This document shows, in pieces, positions 1-14,644 of a stretch of DNA of 64,000 nucleotides (position 1 is the first letter of the stretch; every line of letters begins with the position of its first letter). The notes beneath the pieces are model-generated. The model was given only the letters and a program-made list of their open reading frames with translations, was not told where the DNA came from and made no database searches. The position numbers and the translations under genes are program-made. The stretch spans positions 15,376,001-15,440,000 of the forward strand of contig OX597833.1 of assembly GCA_951406725.2 (NCBI GenBank), given 5' to 3'. The DNA is from Octopus vulgaris (lineage: Eukaryota).

Positions 1-169
1 CTACATCCTTTATATTCTAATCACTGTAGAGTTAATTATTCAATGATAATAAACAATGAAGTGGGAAATACAATATATATTTGATACATTCGTGTGAAAT
101 ATGTGATATATTTCCGTTTATATGATACTAGAACCATTTATATATACATATAAATAAATATATATATGT

Positions 170-252
170 AGGTAGATAGATAGGTAAATAGATAGATAGA
201 TAGGTAGGTAGGTAGGTAGGTAGGTAGGTAGGTAGGTAGATAGATAGGTAGG

Positions 253-310
<58 letters not shown>

Positions 311-548
311 CGTAGGTAGAAAGATAGATACGTAGGTAGAAAGATAGATACGTAGGTAGGTAGATAGGTAGGTAAGTAGATAGATAAGTAGGTAGGTAGA
401 TGGATAGGTAGGTAGGTAGATAGATGGATATATAGGTAGATAGATAGATAGGTAGGTAGGTAGATAGATAGATAGGTAGGTAGGTAGATAGATAGGTAGA
501 TATATAGGTAGGTAGGTAGGTAGGTAGGTAGGTAGGTAGGTAGGTAGG

Positions 549-637
<89 letters not shown>
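170..637. repeat. (TAGA)n/(TAGG)n compound microsatellite
   Basis: Direct reading; explains ORFs 118..675 and 128..874. Confidence 0.98.
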
Positions 638-638
<1 letters not shown>

Positions 639-1513
639 TTTGAGTATGTGTGTACAAAAAGTAGAATTCTAACATTACAGATTTCGTTAGATTCGAAGAA
701 AGTTATAATTACTTGGCATTTATCAGATAAAAATGGACGATATAATTGCATATTGAAATTTGTCGCCTCGGCCAGACAGAATGTAAACTGACTCCGAAAC
801 TTGAATGTACATTGTTGTTTATTGTTGCTTGTTAAGTCTTTACTTTTTATTTCATTGAACAGCAACAAAAACAAAATAAAACAATAATACTGAAACTATA
901 ATATAAATCGACATTATCACGTGGATCCGAAAGATTTAATTGTTGGGAAAAAACATAAAACATTGGTAAAATGTTAAATCAAAAACTCAATGATTATATC
1001 TGTAATGAATACTTTGTCCGTACAAATTAGCTTTAAAATATCTAAAAGAACTTTCTTCCATTGCTGAAAATAATATAACGATGTTCTTTAAGAAATTTGC
1101 TCGCATGTGTTCCTCAATGCGTCTGTATATATGCATTCGTATTTCTTTTCACGTCTGGTTCTAATAATAAGATTTGGAAAAAAAGAAACTAATTTTAATA
1201 GTCCGTTTTGTGGTGATACAATAAATCAATTGTTACAAGCTTATTTGATAAACGTTGTACATTTAATTGGTTTCCAAATTAAAAAAGAAAAAAAAAACAT
1301 ACACTGTTCTATAATGCCATCTCCTATAATGAAAAACCAAGCTCATGTTATTGGATACGAAGAATGTTAAGTAACACATGAACTCAGAAAAAGTAAGCCT
1401 CCTGTACGAATGGCGGGGGAGGAGGGGAGAAAATACACCTACAATTCTTGACATTAAACCAATCTTACCTCTTTTACCAGACTCTACTAAATACTATGCT
1501 CTGAAATATATTA

Positions 1514-1577
<64 letters not shown>

Positions 1578-1602
1578 CATTATTATTATTATCATTATTA
1601 TA

Positions 1603-1730
1603 TGTTTGACTTTTGCTTTACATTTGTACAAGTTGGCTCCAAGTCTCACCCAGAGACCTCAAGAGATAAGTTGGAAGTTCATGTTGGTGTTATGCCTTCG
1701 ATGCCATATATTTGGTTTTGTACTTAGTGT
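1603..1730 (-). mobile_element. Probable 3' UTR remnant of an R4/Dong-like LINE inside an (ATT)n tract
   Basis: ~130 bp unique island between (ATT)n tracts at 1510-1600 and 1731-1800; on the minus strand it ends ...GCAAAAGTCAAACAT(AAT)n. Dong elements are known to target (TAA)n. Confidence 0.5.
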
Positions 1731-4700
1731 ATTATTATTATTTTTTTTATTATTTTTATTATTACTATTATTATTATTATTATTATCATCACTATCATAA
1801 CAACATTTATTCTCTCCTACTCATTTCTATGTTGTGTTTTTTTTTTATCCCAAGAGTGACATTTTAAAATAAATCTTACGATACCGAGTTCAAATTTTTA
1901 TCTCGTCTGACTATGAAATGCACAAGCAAATACTTTGGATATTAAACTTACTCTACAAGGAAAATAAATCTGCCTTTTGAAAGAATTTCACTTTTTAAAA
2001 GATTATTAATGATAGACAAATGACGCTGATAGGAAAGCAATCAATTAGTGTTATGCAATATTCTGTAATCTGTAAATGTAAGCGATAGTAAACGGTCGTG
2101 TTGTACCAGATGCCATTATTGATATCCGGTGATAGGTTACCTATAACCAGGTAGCAAGTTAACAACGTAAATTCTCGATAATAATTGTCACTATAAATTT
2201 AAATATATATTGTATGACATCATAGTAGTAATTTCTATGGAAGTTGCTTTCGTAGGTGTTGCATAATGTTAGTTGTGTTCAATATCTCACAGACATTTGG
2301 ACCAGAACGCCATCGCGGAGTAATTTCACATATTAGTGCGTTAGTTCCTACGTCAGAAGCAGTACCTTGCTGTGCGTTGCCGCATCTTTTTCCCGTAAAA
2401 CAACCATTGACATAGAACATTCCTCATAAGATAAAGATAATATAAAAGGAAGTATTTTCGACTATCTCGAATTTTCTCATCATTTTACAGATATTGTCTG
2501 AAACACTTTACTTTAATTCTCATTAATTGTGTTACTTTCACTTTAGATTTCAAATGTGTCACTGCGTATATAAACATTTGGCATTGTATTTCTCTATAGT
2601 TTCGCTAAAATTTTGCAACATTTCTCGGCAGTTCTTCGCAATTTGTGTTTATTCTTAAGCTGTTCGTCACAAATGCCACATGTGTGTACATGGAACAGGA
2701 AAGTATATTTTAGCACAATCCAGAGGAACATGAAATACTTTCAGACTAAGAATATTCAATAAAGCGTGATTCTGAGAGAAAAGCAAAGGAAAAACGAAAG
2801 AAATAAAGTGAAAGGAATTTCTATAAGTTACAATAAAACTGCTCCGATTCCTACAGAGATTGGAATAATGGTTTTTCATAAAATCTTGATAGTGATCCGT
2901 TTTAACCCTTCTGCTTACAGAAATAAAACGAACATTGTATAGTTCTTCCAAAATAAAATTTCGATACGGGTACGATATACTCTGAGGAACAGAAAAGATT
3001 TATGGATTTTTTTTATCTGAAAATATATCATCGTACTTTGCTGTTGAGATTAAGTTCCCCGTCAAAAGAAATGGAAACTTTTATACCAAAAGAATACCTT
3101 TCATAACCTTCGCTGAATGAAACATAATAGTGATTAAGTAGATAGGTATGAATCATTCTTATTTATGGGGATAGAATATGGTGATAGTCATGCCTTTCAC
3201 TTGAGCATTAACGAGAGTTCGATACAAAGGAAAAAGGGGGCATATGTATACACTGGAGTATCATTTCGTCCAGTGCTCTTTTAGTTTACATTTATTTTTT
3301 TCTTGCATGTTGATTTTATTTCACTGTTTATATGGGAACAAAAGGGAAGTCGAAGAAAGAAAGCCGAACGTAAACTTTGTCAGCAGTTTTGTATGAGAAC
3401 CACAGTTCAAATAATTCAGCTATTCAACTTCATTTATTATATAAAAGAAAGGAGTTTTAACATCATCGTAAAGAAGCAAATAGAACGAGTTTGCTCAGCT
3501 ATATTCGTACTTCCGTGCCGCGAATGTTTTGACAACGAACCAAATATATGGCTCCTCAAATGCTTTAGGAATTATCTCGTCACACATAAAACACCTTAGA
3601 TGGAAAATAAAGGCAAAATAATCGTTACTCTCTAACAAAGAAAAAAATTATTGTCAGCGATTAATTTATCGCTTTTGTTGCATAAATATTTTGAACGATA
3701 AATTTCTAACCAAACCGAACCTGCCGTTTCTGAACAAATCCTTCAGAAAATACAAGCTAGATTTGAACCGCGTGTCAAATATGAGATAAATATTTACTTG
3801 CACACAACGTGGAGATAAATTATACATTTGAGAAATAGTTAATTATGGAAAACTTTGCTCATCTCCCCCGCAAATAACAGGATTAATTACTGCCCAACGG
3901 TAATAAATAATCACAAATTTTTAGCAAGTATAATGAGCCTCCCAAAATTAGTGACGTTTTGCTAGCAACTGAATATTATATGTGAAACTGAATAGAGAGT
4001 AATTCCATACACGGGAATTACGAATCATTTATACTTTCGGGGGGATTCTGTCAGGATCGTTCGGCATCAAATCAAGTTGTGCACCAAAGTATGTGAATGA
4101 TTTATGAACTACATGCCGAAGAGAAAATTATAACTTTTAAAATCAGGCGTGAGTTTCGCTGTGTAATTATCCATTTCTATGACTGACAATTTTTTCATTT
4201 CTATCCAAATAAAAAATTGAAATTACATCATTACATTTAAAAAGAAAACAAGGACGCTATTCTGAGAAGTGATGATAGGAAGACAGAATTATACCACATC
4301 TGCAAATATTTTTGAGAGTACAAATCATTCGTAATATTAAACAACGGAAAATAAAACGTTTGTCTTTATATTCTGAGTTCGAATTTCGCCAAATTCGACG
4401 TTGTATTTCATCCTTTCGGGGTCGCGAAGATAGGTACCAATTGAGTACTGCAGTCAATGAGATCAAGTTACCCCTTTCCCGAATTTACTGGCTTCGTGCC
4501 AAATATTGAAACCAGTAGTTCTTAGATTGCAAACTGGTAGGATTACTAAGACTTCGGAAAAGATTTAGCGACATTTTTTGCGGCTGTTCCTCATGATTTG
4601 AAATTCTGCAGAGTTCGACGTTGGTATTTACCGTTTTGTAGTGGCCAAAATAATTATCTTCGGAGCACTCTGGTTCATTTAATGGGCTTCATCCTTCTCC

Positions 4701-4737
4701 GAAAGTGGTGCGCTTGTACTAAATTTAGAAGCTATTC

Positions 4738-5130
4738 AGCAGCGAGCTGGCAGAGATGTTAGCACGCCTGGCGAAATGCGTAGTCGTGTTTCGTCTGCCG
4801 TTACGTTCTGGGTTCAAACCCGCCGAGGTCGACTTTGGCATTCTTGCTTTCGCGGTCGATAAATTAAGAACCAGTTACGCACTGAGGTCGATGTAATCGA
4901 CGTAATCCGTTTGTCTGTCGTTGTTTGTCCCCTCTCTGGTTAGCCCCTTCTGGGTAATAAAGAAACAGATATTTCGGCTGCCGCTACGTTCTGAGTTCGA
5001 ATTCCGCCGAGATCAACTTTGCTTTTCATCCTTTAGCGGTCGATTAAATAAGTAGCAGTTGAGCACTGGGGTCGATGTTATCGACTATCACTCTCCCTCA
5101 AATTTCAGACCTAGTGCTTATAGTACAAAC
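4738..5130 (+). mobile_element. tRNA-derived SINE family A, head-to-tail dimer
   Basis: Head GCGAGCTGGCAGA (A box) and GGTTCAAA/GAGTTCGAATTCC (B box); body restarts at ~4968; many copies in the window. Confidence 0.85.
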
Positions 5131-5417
5131 TATTATTTCTTTTTTTTTTTTCACACATACCCCGTGTCATATTTTTTACATACTTCAACATTTATCTATG
5201 ACTACATCATATAGAATAGTATGTTCGTTATATTCATGTTCCTCTCTGGAAACATTGATCAGTATTGAAATATACCTTACGTTGATCCCCGTACTTCAAA
5301 CCATTCTTAGAACACGATGAAAATAGGACTAAGAATTGGGTTAATGTCTCATTCTCACTGCATAATTATTTCTAGTTAGATATTTAATCTCATTTCTACT
5401 AGGATATAAATCTTCAA

Positions 5418-5858
5418 CGCGGTGAACTTGCAGAAACGTTAGCACGCCGGGCGAAATGCATAGCCGTATTTCGTCTGCTGTTACGTTCTGAGTTCAAATT
5501 CCGCCGAGGTCAACTTTGCCTTTAATATTTTCCGTGTCGATTAAATAAGTACCAGTTACGCACTGAGGTCGAGGTAATCGACTTAATCCGTTTGTCTGTC
5601 CTTGATTGTCCCCTCTGTGTTTAACCCCTTGTGGGTAGTAAAGAAATATGTATTTCGTCTGCCGTTACGTTCTGAGATCAAATTCCGCCGAGGTCGACTT
5701 TGCTTTTCATCATTTCGGTGTCGATTATATAATTACCAGTTACGCACTGGGGTCGATGTACTCGATTTAATCCCTTTGTCAATCCTTGTGATGTCCCCTC
5801 TATGTAAACCAGTCATTGTTTGTCCTCTATATGGTTAGCCCCCTGTGGGCAATAAAGG
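5418..5858 (+). mobile_element. SINE family A, head-to-tail dimer
   Basis: Same sequence as other A copies; second unit starts at GTATTTCGTCTGCC ~5650. Confidence 0.85.
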
Positions 5859-6483
5859 ATAAATACGTTAGATCTTCTTAGCACTAACTTGTCTATTATT
5901 GTCACGCAGACTGCACTTCAAATTTACCTGCTCGAGATTTAAACAAATTTTGATTATAAATAGAGACCACTCCTTCGATAACATTTAATTTAAACGTTGC
6001 CGTGAAGTCGGCTTTTAGGATTTTTAAATAAACTATAAATCACTGAATTTTATGAAACATTTTACTGAAAATATCGTTGAGTTCAAGTAATTTCGCTAAA
6101 ATAAAAATGAATTCATTATGATAACAAAAGACAGTCAAAAGCACTAAATATTATTCAATGTAAATCGGTGAAAGCACATTAATGATTATCATAAATTTCT
6201 AGAAAGATATTAGAGAGACCTTTCAAGTAGAAAATAATTTATATCTATTTATACGAAAAATATTCTCTCCGAGCTATTAAAATGTAGCACTCAACTAAAT
6301 AATTATATTATCTATTTCATACAATTATAATTTCTAAAATATGTAGAATGTATTTATTACATCTTTCGCAACACAAAAGCCATATAAGTGTTTATTGAAT
6401 ATTACATGTATCACGGTTATACTAATTGAAATATTAAAATTACTAAGTCTCTATAAAAGAGATTACGGCAGCGTTTACTGGAA

Positions 6484-6726
6484 ATTAATTGTTATCGCCA
6501 TATTAATATGGCATTCGCTGCCGCTGACATTGACAAGGGCAAATACACTGAAACGCGTCTGTAGCTGTCGGACTGGCAGTGTGAAGCGGCTGACCTCCCT
6601 TGTTCGAAGGTTATAATGGATACAGATTGTGTATCAATAGCTATCATGGCCTCATGGAGCTGACCAGCGGCAGCGATTATTCTTATATCTATAAGAATGC
6701 CATATTAATATGGCGATAACAATTAA
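6484..6726. mobile_element. MITE-like foldback element
   Basis: Terminal arms TTAATTGTTATCGCCATATTAATATGGCATTC / GAATGCCATATTAATATGGCGATAACAATTAA, plus inner CGCTGCCGCTG / CAGCGGCAGCG. Confidence 0.7.
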
Positions 6727-6908
6727 CTTGGTTATACTAATTGTTTTGCATTAATATAAATTATCGCACTTAAGACCAAACAAGACAAACTTAAGAAAGT
6801 ATGGTCTGGCGGAAACCGTTAGTCGTATTCAGAAATTTGATTTTTTAAACTTTTTATCATGTGAGAATAAATCTCTACCGAGTCGAACATTATAGTACAT
6901 CCTGCCAA

Positions 6909-7092
6909 GGCGGCGAGCTGGCAGAAACGTTAGCACGCCGGGCGAAATGCTTAGCTGTATTTCGTCTGCCGCTACGTTCTGAGTTCGAATTCCGCCGAGG
7001 TCGACTTTGCCTTTCATCCTTTCGGGGTCGATTAAATAAGTACCAGTTACGCACTGGGGTCGACATAATCGACTTAATCCGCTAGTTTGTCC
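6909..7092 (+). mobile_element. SINE family A
   Basis: GGCGGCGAGCTGGCAGAAACGTTAGC...GAGTTCGAATTCCGCC head, near consensus. Confidence 0.9.
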
Positions 7093-7239
7093 TCAGTTGG
7101 CCAATGTCCACGCAGTGGGACTAAACGCAGAACCTTATCGTTGGGAATCAAGCTACTTACTACACACCCACTTCTACGCCTATAGCTACTCACCATGCAG
7201 CCACTCCTGCGCTTATATACATACATACATACATACATG

Positions 7240-8429
<1,190 letters not shown>

Positions 8430-8430
8430 A

Positions 8431-8463
<33 letters not shown>

Positions 8464-8954
8464 ATATATATATATTTATATATGAATCATATAATATTGT
8501 GCCTGTGTTTTATATCGGAGCTATATAGAGATAACATCACATTAGGGGTTAACATGACTTCAAATGTTTTACAGCCTTTTAACGAATCTGATCCCTAAAG
8601 AATTATAAGGCAGTGTCTTAAAAAAAATCGAATAAAATATTGTAAGTAATCAACGATATACAGAGCGATGATGTAGCCCTAACTTCAGTATAGTGGGTCT
8701 AGTGTAAACAGGAACATATGTAGATCCTTCATTACTTATAAATCGTTCCTCCAGTTAAATCATGTGCTTAATATCCATACACATTTCTTTGCAGCCTTAT
8801 TTCGATCTGAATTTTTAAAAACATTTTACTGACATAAAAGAAACTCGCATCACCAAAAGGGAGGCTATAGCACGTTACTTCCTGTTGTGTTTATTGTAGG
8901 AAATAATATAAAGTACGAATTCATTGTGCGATGTTACGATCTATGAAATATAGC

Positions 8955-9347
8955 TGGAAGCACTGGAAGCACTCCGTCGGTTACGACGATGAGGGTTCCG
9001 GTTGTTCCGAATCAACGGAACAGCCTGCTCGTGAAATTAACGTGTAAGTGGCTGAGCACTCCGCAGACACGTTTACCCTTAACGTAGTTCTCGGGGATAT
9101 TCAGCGTGACACAGATAGTGACAAGGCCGGCCCTTTGAAATACAGGTACAACAGAAACAGAAAGTAAGAGTGAGAGAAAGTTGTGGTGAAAGAGTACAGC
9201 AGGGATCACCACCATCCCCTGCCGGAGCCTCGTGGAGCTTTAGGTGTTTTCGCTCAATAAACACTCACAACGCCCGGTCTGGGAATCGAAACCGCGATCC
9301 TATGACCGCGAGTCTGCTGCCCTAACCACTGGGCCATTCCGCCTCCA
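8955..9347 (-). mobile_element. tRNA-derived SINE family B, full length
   Basis: Head TGGCCCAGTGG...GGTTTCGATTCCC; tail ...AACCGACGGAGTGCTTCCA; 12-bp TSD ATGAAATATAGC (8943-8954, 9348-9359). Confidence 0.92.
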
Positions 9348-11209
9348 ATGAAATATAGCATTCAATGAATAGCGAAATGGATGGTTTGTAAAGGGTAGTG
9401 TCCGCCTGGTGGTAAATATTTTTTTATGCTCAGTCAGTGATAGGAAGAAGCTTAAATAAACAGTATTAAATAATTTCGAAATATTTTATGTTCTCTGGTG
9501 AGATGTTAATCTTACCATAGTTTTTCAAGACCTCGGGTCAAGTGAAGCAATGTCAATTAATCATAACGAAATATCAAATACGAATTTTGATTCATGATTT
9601 AATAGTGAAATCTCTTCAAAGCTCTGCACTCTAATTCACGAAACATATATCATCGGCATATTGATATTAATACAGAGTATCTAATATCATCTATAATCTA
9701 TAATATAAATTGGACATGGGTGATTGTTGTATTCTTCATTGTCTTGAGATTCACAGCCAAACGACTGGATGGATTTGCTAGAAAAATGGCACACATGTGG
9801 AGCCATGTGCATAGATTGGAATGTAGTTTGTATTTTTTCCTACCCCCCCCCCGTACTTACCGAGAAGATCGATTAAACTTTTCTAATGTAATTTCCCTCG
9901 TTCTTCCGCCATTAAAATGACCAATTGCTTAGGAGCTGTTTTCTGACGGGGTGGGGTCAGGAAATTTTCACATAACTGGAGGCTCCACTCGAAACAGGGG
10001 ACCCGAAATGATTAGGTTGAGAAACGCTGTTATAGATTATGCCTAACCGTAAACGATCACAGCCACATCATCCAAACAGACCGGGTTAAACCGGGCTTAA
10101 CTTCTAGTTAAGCATATAAATCTGAAGAATTTGTGCAAATGTTAGCGACAGGTCCATTACCATTTTTAACTCACCAAGTTTTTTTCTGCGTTTATATTTC
10201 AAATAAATAATTTTTAACATTCTGTATTTGACAAAATAATTATATAACAATTTTTTGCGACATTATATAAATAACATTATCAAATTAAGGTTTATCAAGT
10301 ATTCCGATATATTCAGCTACCAGCGGAAGAAACATCGTTTAAGAAGGTGGTATCTAAAAGTAATTGAAGGTCTTCTAATTTATCAAACGTGGTGGTTGCA
10401 TGAACGAAGTTCTAATTTCTCAAACATGTTAGTTGAATAAATGAAGTTAATAAAGCAAAGAATTGCATAAATTTATAAATGAAGTTAATAAAGTAAAAAT
10501 TTTACACCATCTAGTGAAGATTCTCTTTATTTTGTGGGGCTTGTATCAGAACAAACATTTGTCCTCGGAGGTTGTCATATTAACATCATAAACTCATCGT
10601 TCTTTTATGTCATTGGAATGCGGGGAAATTTGAATTTCAAAGAAAACTGGAAATGAAATTAATTTAATAATAATCTTTGAGGACCTCGTGTATTCTATTA
10701 TTGTAACGACTTCAACTGCAGATATTTAATTTCATCATTTCGCTCAAACATTTAAAAAATAATGACTACTTTCAAGAAAGAAAATATAAAATACCAATAC
10801 AAAAAACATCAAGAAGTCATTGAATGTAGGGTTATTAATAAAAATTATGATAATATAATAAAATGTCGTCTTTATTTAGAAAGCATCATGAAAGAATTAC
10901 ATTGAATGGTATGACGTGTGTCATAGAACAGCACTTTTATTTTAATTGTTTTCCTAAAGCAATCACATCTGAGAATTGAAACTTTCTTTAATATCAGTTC
11001 ACCAGTATAGTACGATTTTGTGAACTGCTGGGGTAATGTTATCAGTAATATTTCAGACATGATTTCAACTTCAAGTAAGTATGAAATTGATTGCTACTGT
11101 TATATCTTCGTTACATGAATTTTCGTACTGGTACGATTCGCCGGACTAGATAGGAGGTAAAGCAGATGGGCCTCTGTGGAAGTATAAGGAAGAGCTTAAA
11201 CTAATGTAG

Positions 11210-11415
11210 GGAGAGTTTGCGAAAAAAAACCAAAAGACGAAGACAGGTGGTATACCAAACAAACATATGTATTAGTATAACGTTCAGGAATAGAAAAAGT
11301 ATTTTACGTTTCGAGCCTACGCTCTTCTACAGAAAGGGACACAGAAAAAACAAGGAGAGAAACAAGAAGAGAAAAAAATGTGTGTTGTGGCTAACGATCT
11401 ATCATGGCGACCCCA
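11210..11415 (-). mobile_element. Solo pLTR-like element carrying a hammerhead-like motif
   Basis: 14-bp TSD TTAAACTAATGTAG (11196-11209, 11416-11429); related copy at ~52003-52195. Confidence 0.7.
11302..11336 (-). ncRNA. Minimal hammerhead-like motif (A6U core variant)
   Basis: Minus strand: ttt-CTGTAGA-a-gagc gtag gctc-GAAA-cg-TA-aaa. Confidence 0.45.
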
Positions 11416-11439
11416 TTAAACTAATGTAGCTACATGAAA

Positions 11440-12330
11440 AACATTATATATAAGTTTCAAACAAATCGTTCCTCAAGCACCTGTTGTAGCATTTAGATGG
11501 AATAAAACTATTAAAGAATTATTAACCTCTGCTTCTGAATCCAAGAAAACTAACATTGGAGTTTCTGCACGCTGTACCTTGAAAACAGCCGCAAGAGAGT
11601 TAAGCCTTGTTCATTGTGCAACAGCATGACTCAAGTGAATTCCATCAGGAATCATAACAAATGTTATGATTTACACAGAGGAAGGTGGCACGTGCAGAGA
11701 CACCCTTTTAGGGTACGCAGCAGAATGCACGAAGCACAACTTGGTTTATGTTAGTTATACAACAGCAGAATTAAACAAAAGACTCGATGGGCTAAGATAT
11801 GATGTCAGGCACAATAACAGTTGTTCGAGAGAACTTGCTGAACATTTTACATCAAACCGCTGCAATTTTGAAAAAGACTTGAATGTGCATATTCTCAGAA
11901 AATATTCTGAAACTGCTACTCTTTCAATTCTCAAAATACAAGAGGAGAAATGTTTGCAGTTTATTAACATCACCCCGGAAGCGATGAATAAAATGCCAGG
12001 GGAATTTCATCATATTTACACCAAACTTTTTCATTAAATATTCTTTTTCGTTTATGTTCTTTTCTATATTTTCTCTTTTTATTTTACTTTTAGTTTTCCA
12101 CTTGTAAACTTGAAAGTTGAAGACTGATGATGTCATTCCAACAACGTGGGTACGCCGATTGCCTTCGTTCAAATTTTGAACTCGAATTTCTATAATTTTG
12201 AATTTCTATGTGTCACTATCCATTTTGAACTCGACAAAGACAGGCTAGCTGTCGAAATATCGGTAAACTAATAAAATATCTATAATCGTATAGTGCTCTT
12301 CGTACTGTCTATTTACCTTTGTGAACAGTT
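11440..12330 (+). mobile_element. Decayed Penelope-like element 3' part (linker, GIY-YIG endonuclease, pLTR)
   Basis: PVVAFRWNKTIKELL linker; ORF 11666-12037 with YAAECTKHNLVYVSYT...LNKRL...ELAEHF; downstream TCGACAA-a-gacag/ctgtc-GAAA hammerhead-like motif (~12230-12268) and AATAAA. Confidence 0.75.
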
Positions 12331-12569
12331 ACGTCAATCCTTTTAAAATATAATAATATAATGAATACAATGATATAATAAAATAATGTAATAAACTATA
12401 AAGATGATAGATAGAGAGATAAATAGATAGAGAGATTGATAGATAGATAGATACACCCCAGTAAATTTCACTGAAAATAAGAAAGCTATAATACTTTGGG
12501 ATTTGCCAATATACACAGTTGGAGAAAAATATATACATTTGTGTATATTTGCCAATATACACAAATGAA

Positions 12570-12730
12570 GAAAGGCTAATACAGTGAAAATAGTTGTCAG
12601 AGATAGACAAAAATCGATGTACCAATACTAATAGATGGCAACGTTTCTCTAAAAGAAACGGAGAAACTTTGAAAATACAAAGATCTGGAAAAAGAATTTG
12701 GAGCCTAAAGACAAACTGGAATTCTCCATT
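12570..12730 (+). mobile_element. Degenerate R4/Dong REL-endonuclease fragment
   Basis: DGNVSLKETEKL*KYKDLEKE, matching the cleaner copy at 61495-61760. Confidence 0.55.
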
Positions 12731-12750
12731 CTAAATATAATATTTCTAAA

Positions 12751-12806
<56 letters not shown>

Positions 12807-13070
12807 GTTGGTAGGTAGGTAGGTAGGCACGTACGTACGTAGAAAGATATATAGACAGATAGATACGTATGTAGATGCTAATTTGTTATACGATATATTC
12901 ATATTATATGCCCTACGTTATAGCTACACCGGACTAATTGGCATCCTATAAAATTGGCATTCCATGAAATTACTTTGCAAGATGGGAATAATAAACTGCG
13001 GCCGGAACAAAGACCGTAAGATATTTTTATAATCGCATAAAAAGATGTCTCACATAATTGAACATGAAGG

Positions 13071-13159
<89 letters not shown>

Positions 13160-13176
13160 ACTAACTAACTAACTAT

Positions 13177-13212
<36 letters not shown>

Positions 13213-13367
13213 CTATCTATCTATCTATCTATCTATATATCTATCTAACTATCTATCTAACTATCTCTCTCTCTCTCTATATATATATATATTATATATA
13301 TATACATATATATACATATGAATATATATATGAACATACATATAGATACATACACACACACACACAC

Positions 13368-13427
<60 letters not shown>

Positions 13428-13450
13428 ATATAAATGTATGTATATATATT
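13071..13450. repeat. Compound (TCTA)n/(CTAA)n/(TA)n microsatellite
   Basis: Direct reading. Confidence 0.95.
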
Positions 13451-13480
13451 CACGTGCATATATATGAAAAAGCATACATA

Positions 13481-14553
13481 CAGGGGTTGGACGAAATAAT
13501 GGAAACACCTAGCATCATAGCATCATAATTTTGAAGTATCTATAAAACCCTCAAACGCTTTTTTATTTTTGTTTCTTGATTTATTATTAGTGTTGCTTAT
13601 GTTTTAATAAAATTGCTGTTTCTTTTCTGATATCATCAGGAAAAGGTAATTAAATTTCATTAAAATTACAGATCTGTCGGGCTTTCATAGAGGTCAAATG
13701 GGTGGCGTTCGCATGTCAGGCGCTAGCGTAACAAAAACAAACGAAATGTTGAATGTATCAAGAAGTACTGTCTCGAAAGTAATGAAAGCCTTTGAGAAAG
13801 TGGAAAAAACCTCCCCATTGAAACAAAACCCCGGAAGAAAACCAAAAATTTCAGATAGGGACAGTTGGATTCTTACGCGAATTCTTAGGGAGGATTATAA
13901 AAGTACTTCTCCCAAATTTACTACAGAGCTTAATTAGCAACTCAGGAACCCGGTTTACATAAAAAATCGTTCGCCGGGAGGTGCACAAAACCGGATTTCA
14001 CGGAGGGGCTGTAATCAGAGAACCACTACTTTAAAAAAAAAACCCAAAAAACAAGAAGCGCGTTTACAGTGGAGTAAAAACCGACAGAGGAGTGGAAGAA
14101 TGCTATTTTCTTGGACGAGTCATCCTCTACCCTATTTCCAACCACTGGTTGAATATACGTGTGGGGACAGCCAAAAGAAGCATTTGGCCCAGACTACCTT
14201 CTTCCGACTGTTAAACATACAGGAGGATCTGTGATGATCTGGGGGTGGGGGTTATATCTTGTAAATCTGCACGCCCGATGGTTTCCATTCATGGTAGAAT
14301 TTATAGGCAAGACTAAGCATTTTATTAGAAAAACATGTAAGGAGTCGATATCCTCCACCAACATCAATACAAGAACCGCAGACTGTTTTAGCTTAAAAAT
14401 GGACAAAAATTCATATGGAAACAATTGAAACTTTGTACGAGTCCACAACTCGTAGAATTCAAGCTGTAATTACTGCCAAATGCGGCCCTACCCCATATTA
14501 AAATATATTGGTTTGAAAATGTAAGGTGTTTCCATTATTTTGTCCAACTTCTG
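13481..14553 (+). mobile_element. Tc1-like DNA transposon, internally deleted and frameshifted
   Basis: TIRs CAGGGGTTGGACGAAATAATGGAAACACCT / AGGTGTTTCCATTATTTTGTCCAACTTCTG with TA on both sides; VSRSTVSK..GRKPK HTH, IFLDES, TVKHTGGSVMIWG, C-terminal RIQAVITAKCGPTPY. Confidence 0.92.
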
Positions 14554-14644
14554 TATATATGCATGTATCTAAAAAAATTTTTTTGTATACTCGTATGTGT
14601 GTATATATGTATATGTACTAACATACATACATATATAAATATAT

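Noticed and set aside
118-874. Long ORFs with YLSI/YLPT repeats (also IYIY, poly-I, poly-L and HTYI ORFs elsewhere)
   Set aside because: Translations of microsatellites that lack stops in some frames
2235-2420. Cys-containing 61-aa minus-strand ORF after a pyrimidine tract
   Set aside because: Weak GAG acceptor and no recognisable homology; cannot support an exon call
9012-9264. Recurrent 61-67-aa ORFs MVVIPAVLFHH.../MFIERKHLK... resembling a small gene family
   Set aside because: They lie inside SINE-B copies with TSDs, start at GTG, and frameshift between copies
9861-9930. Possible small minus-strand exon (GGRTREITLEK) ending in GTAAGT
   Set aside because: No convincing acceptor; too short to distinguish from chance
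9930-10110. Isolated hAT-like TIR and Helitron-like 3' end (also a hAT-like end at 28990 and a Tc1-like end at 22090)
   Set aside because: Partner ends not found, so elements cannot be delimited
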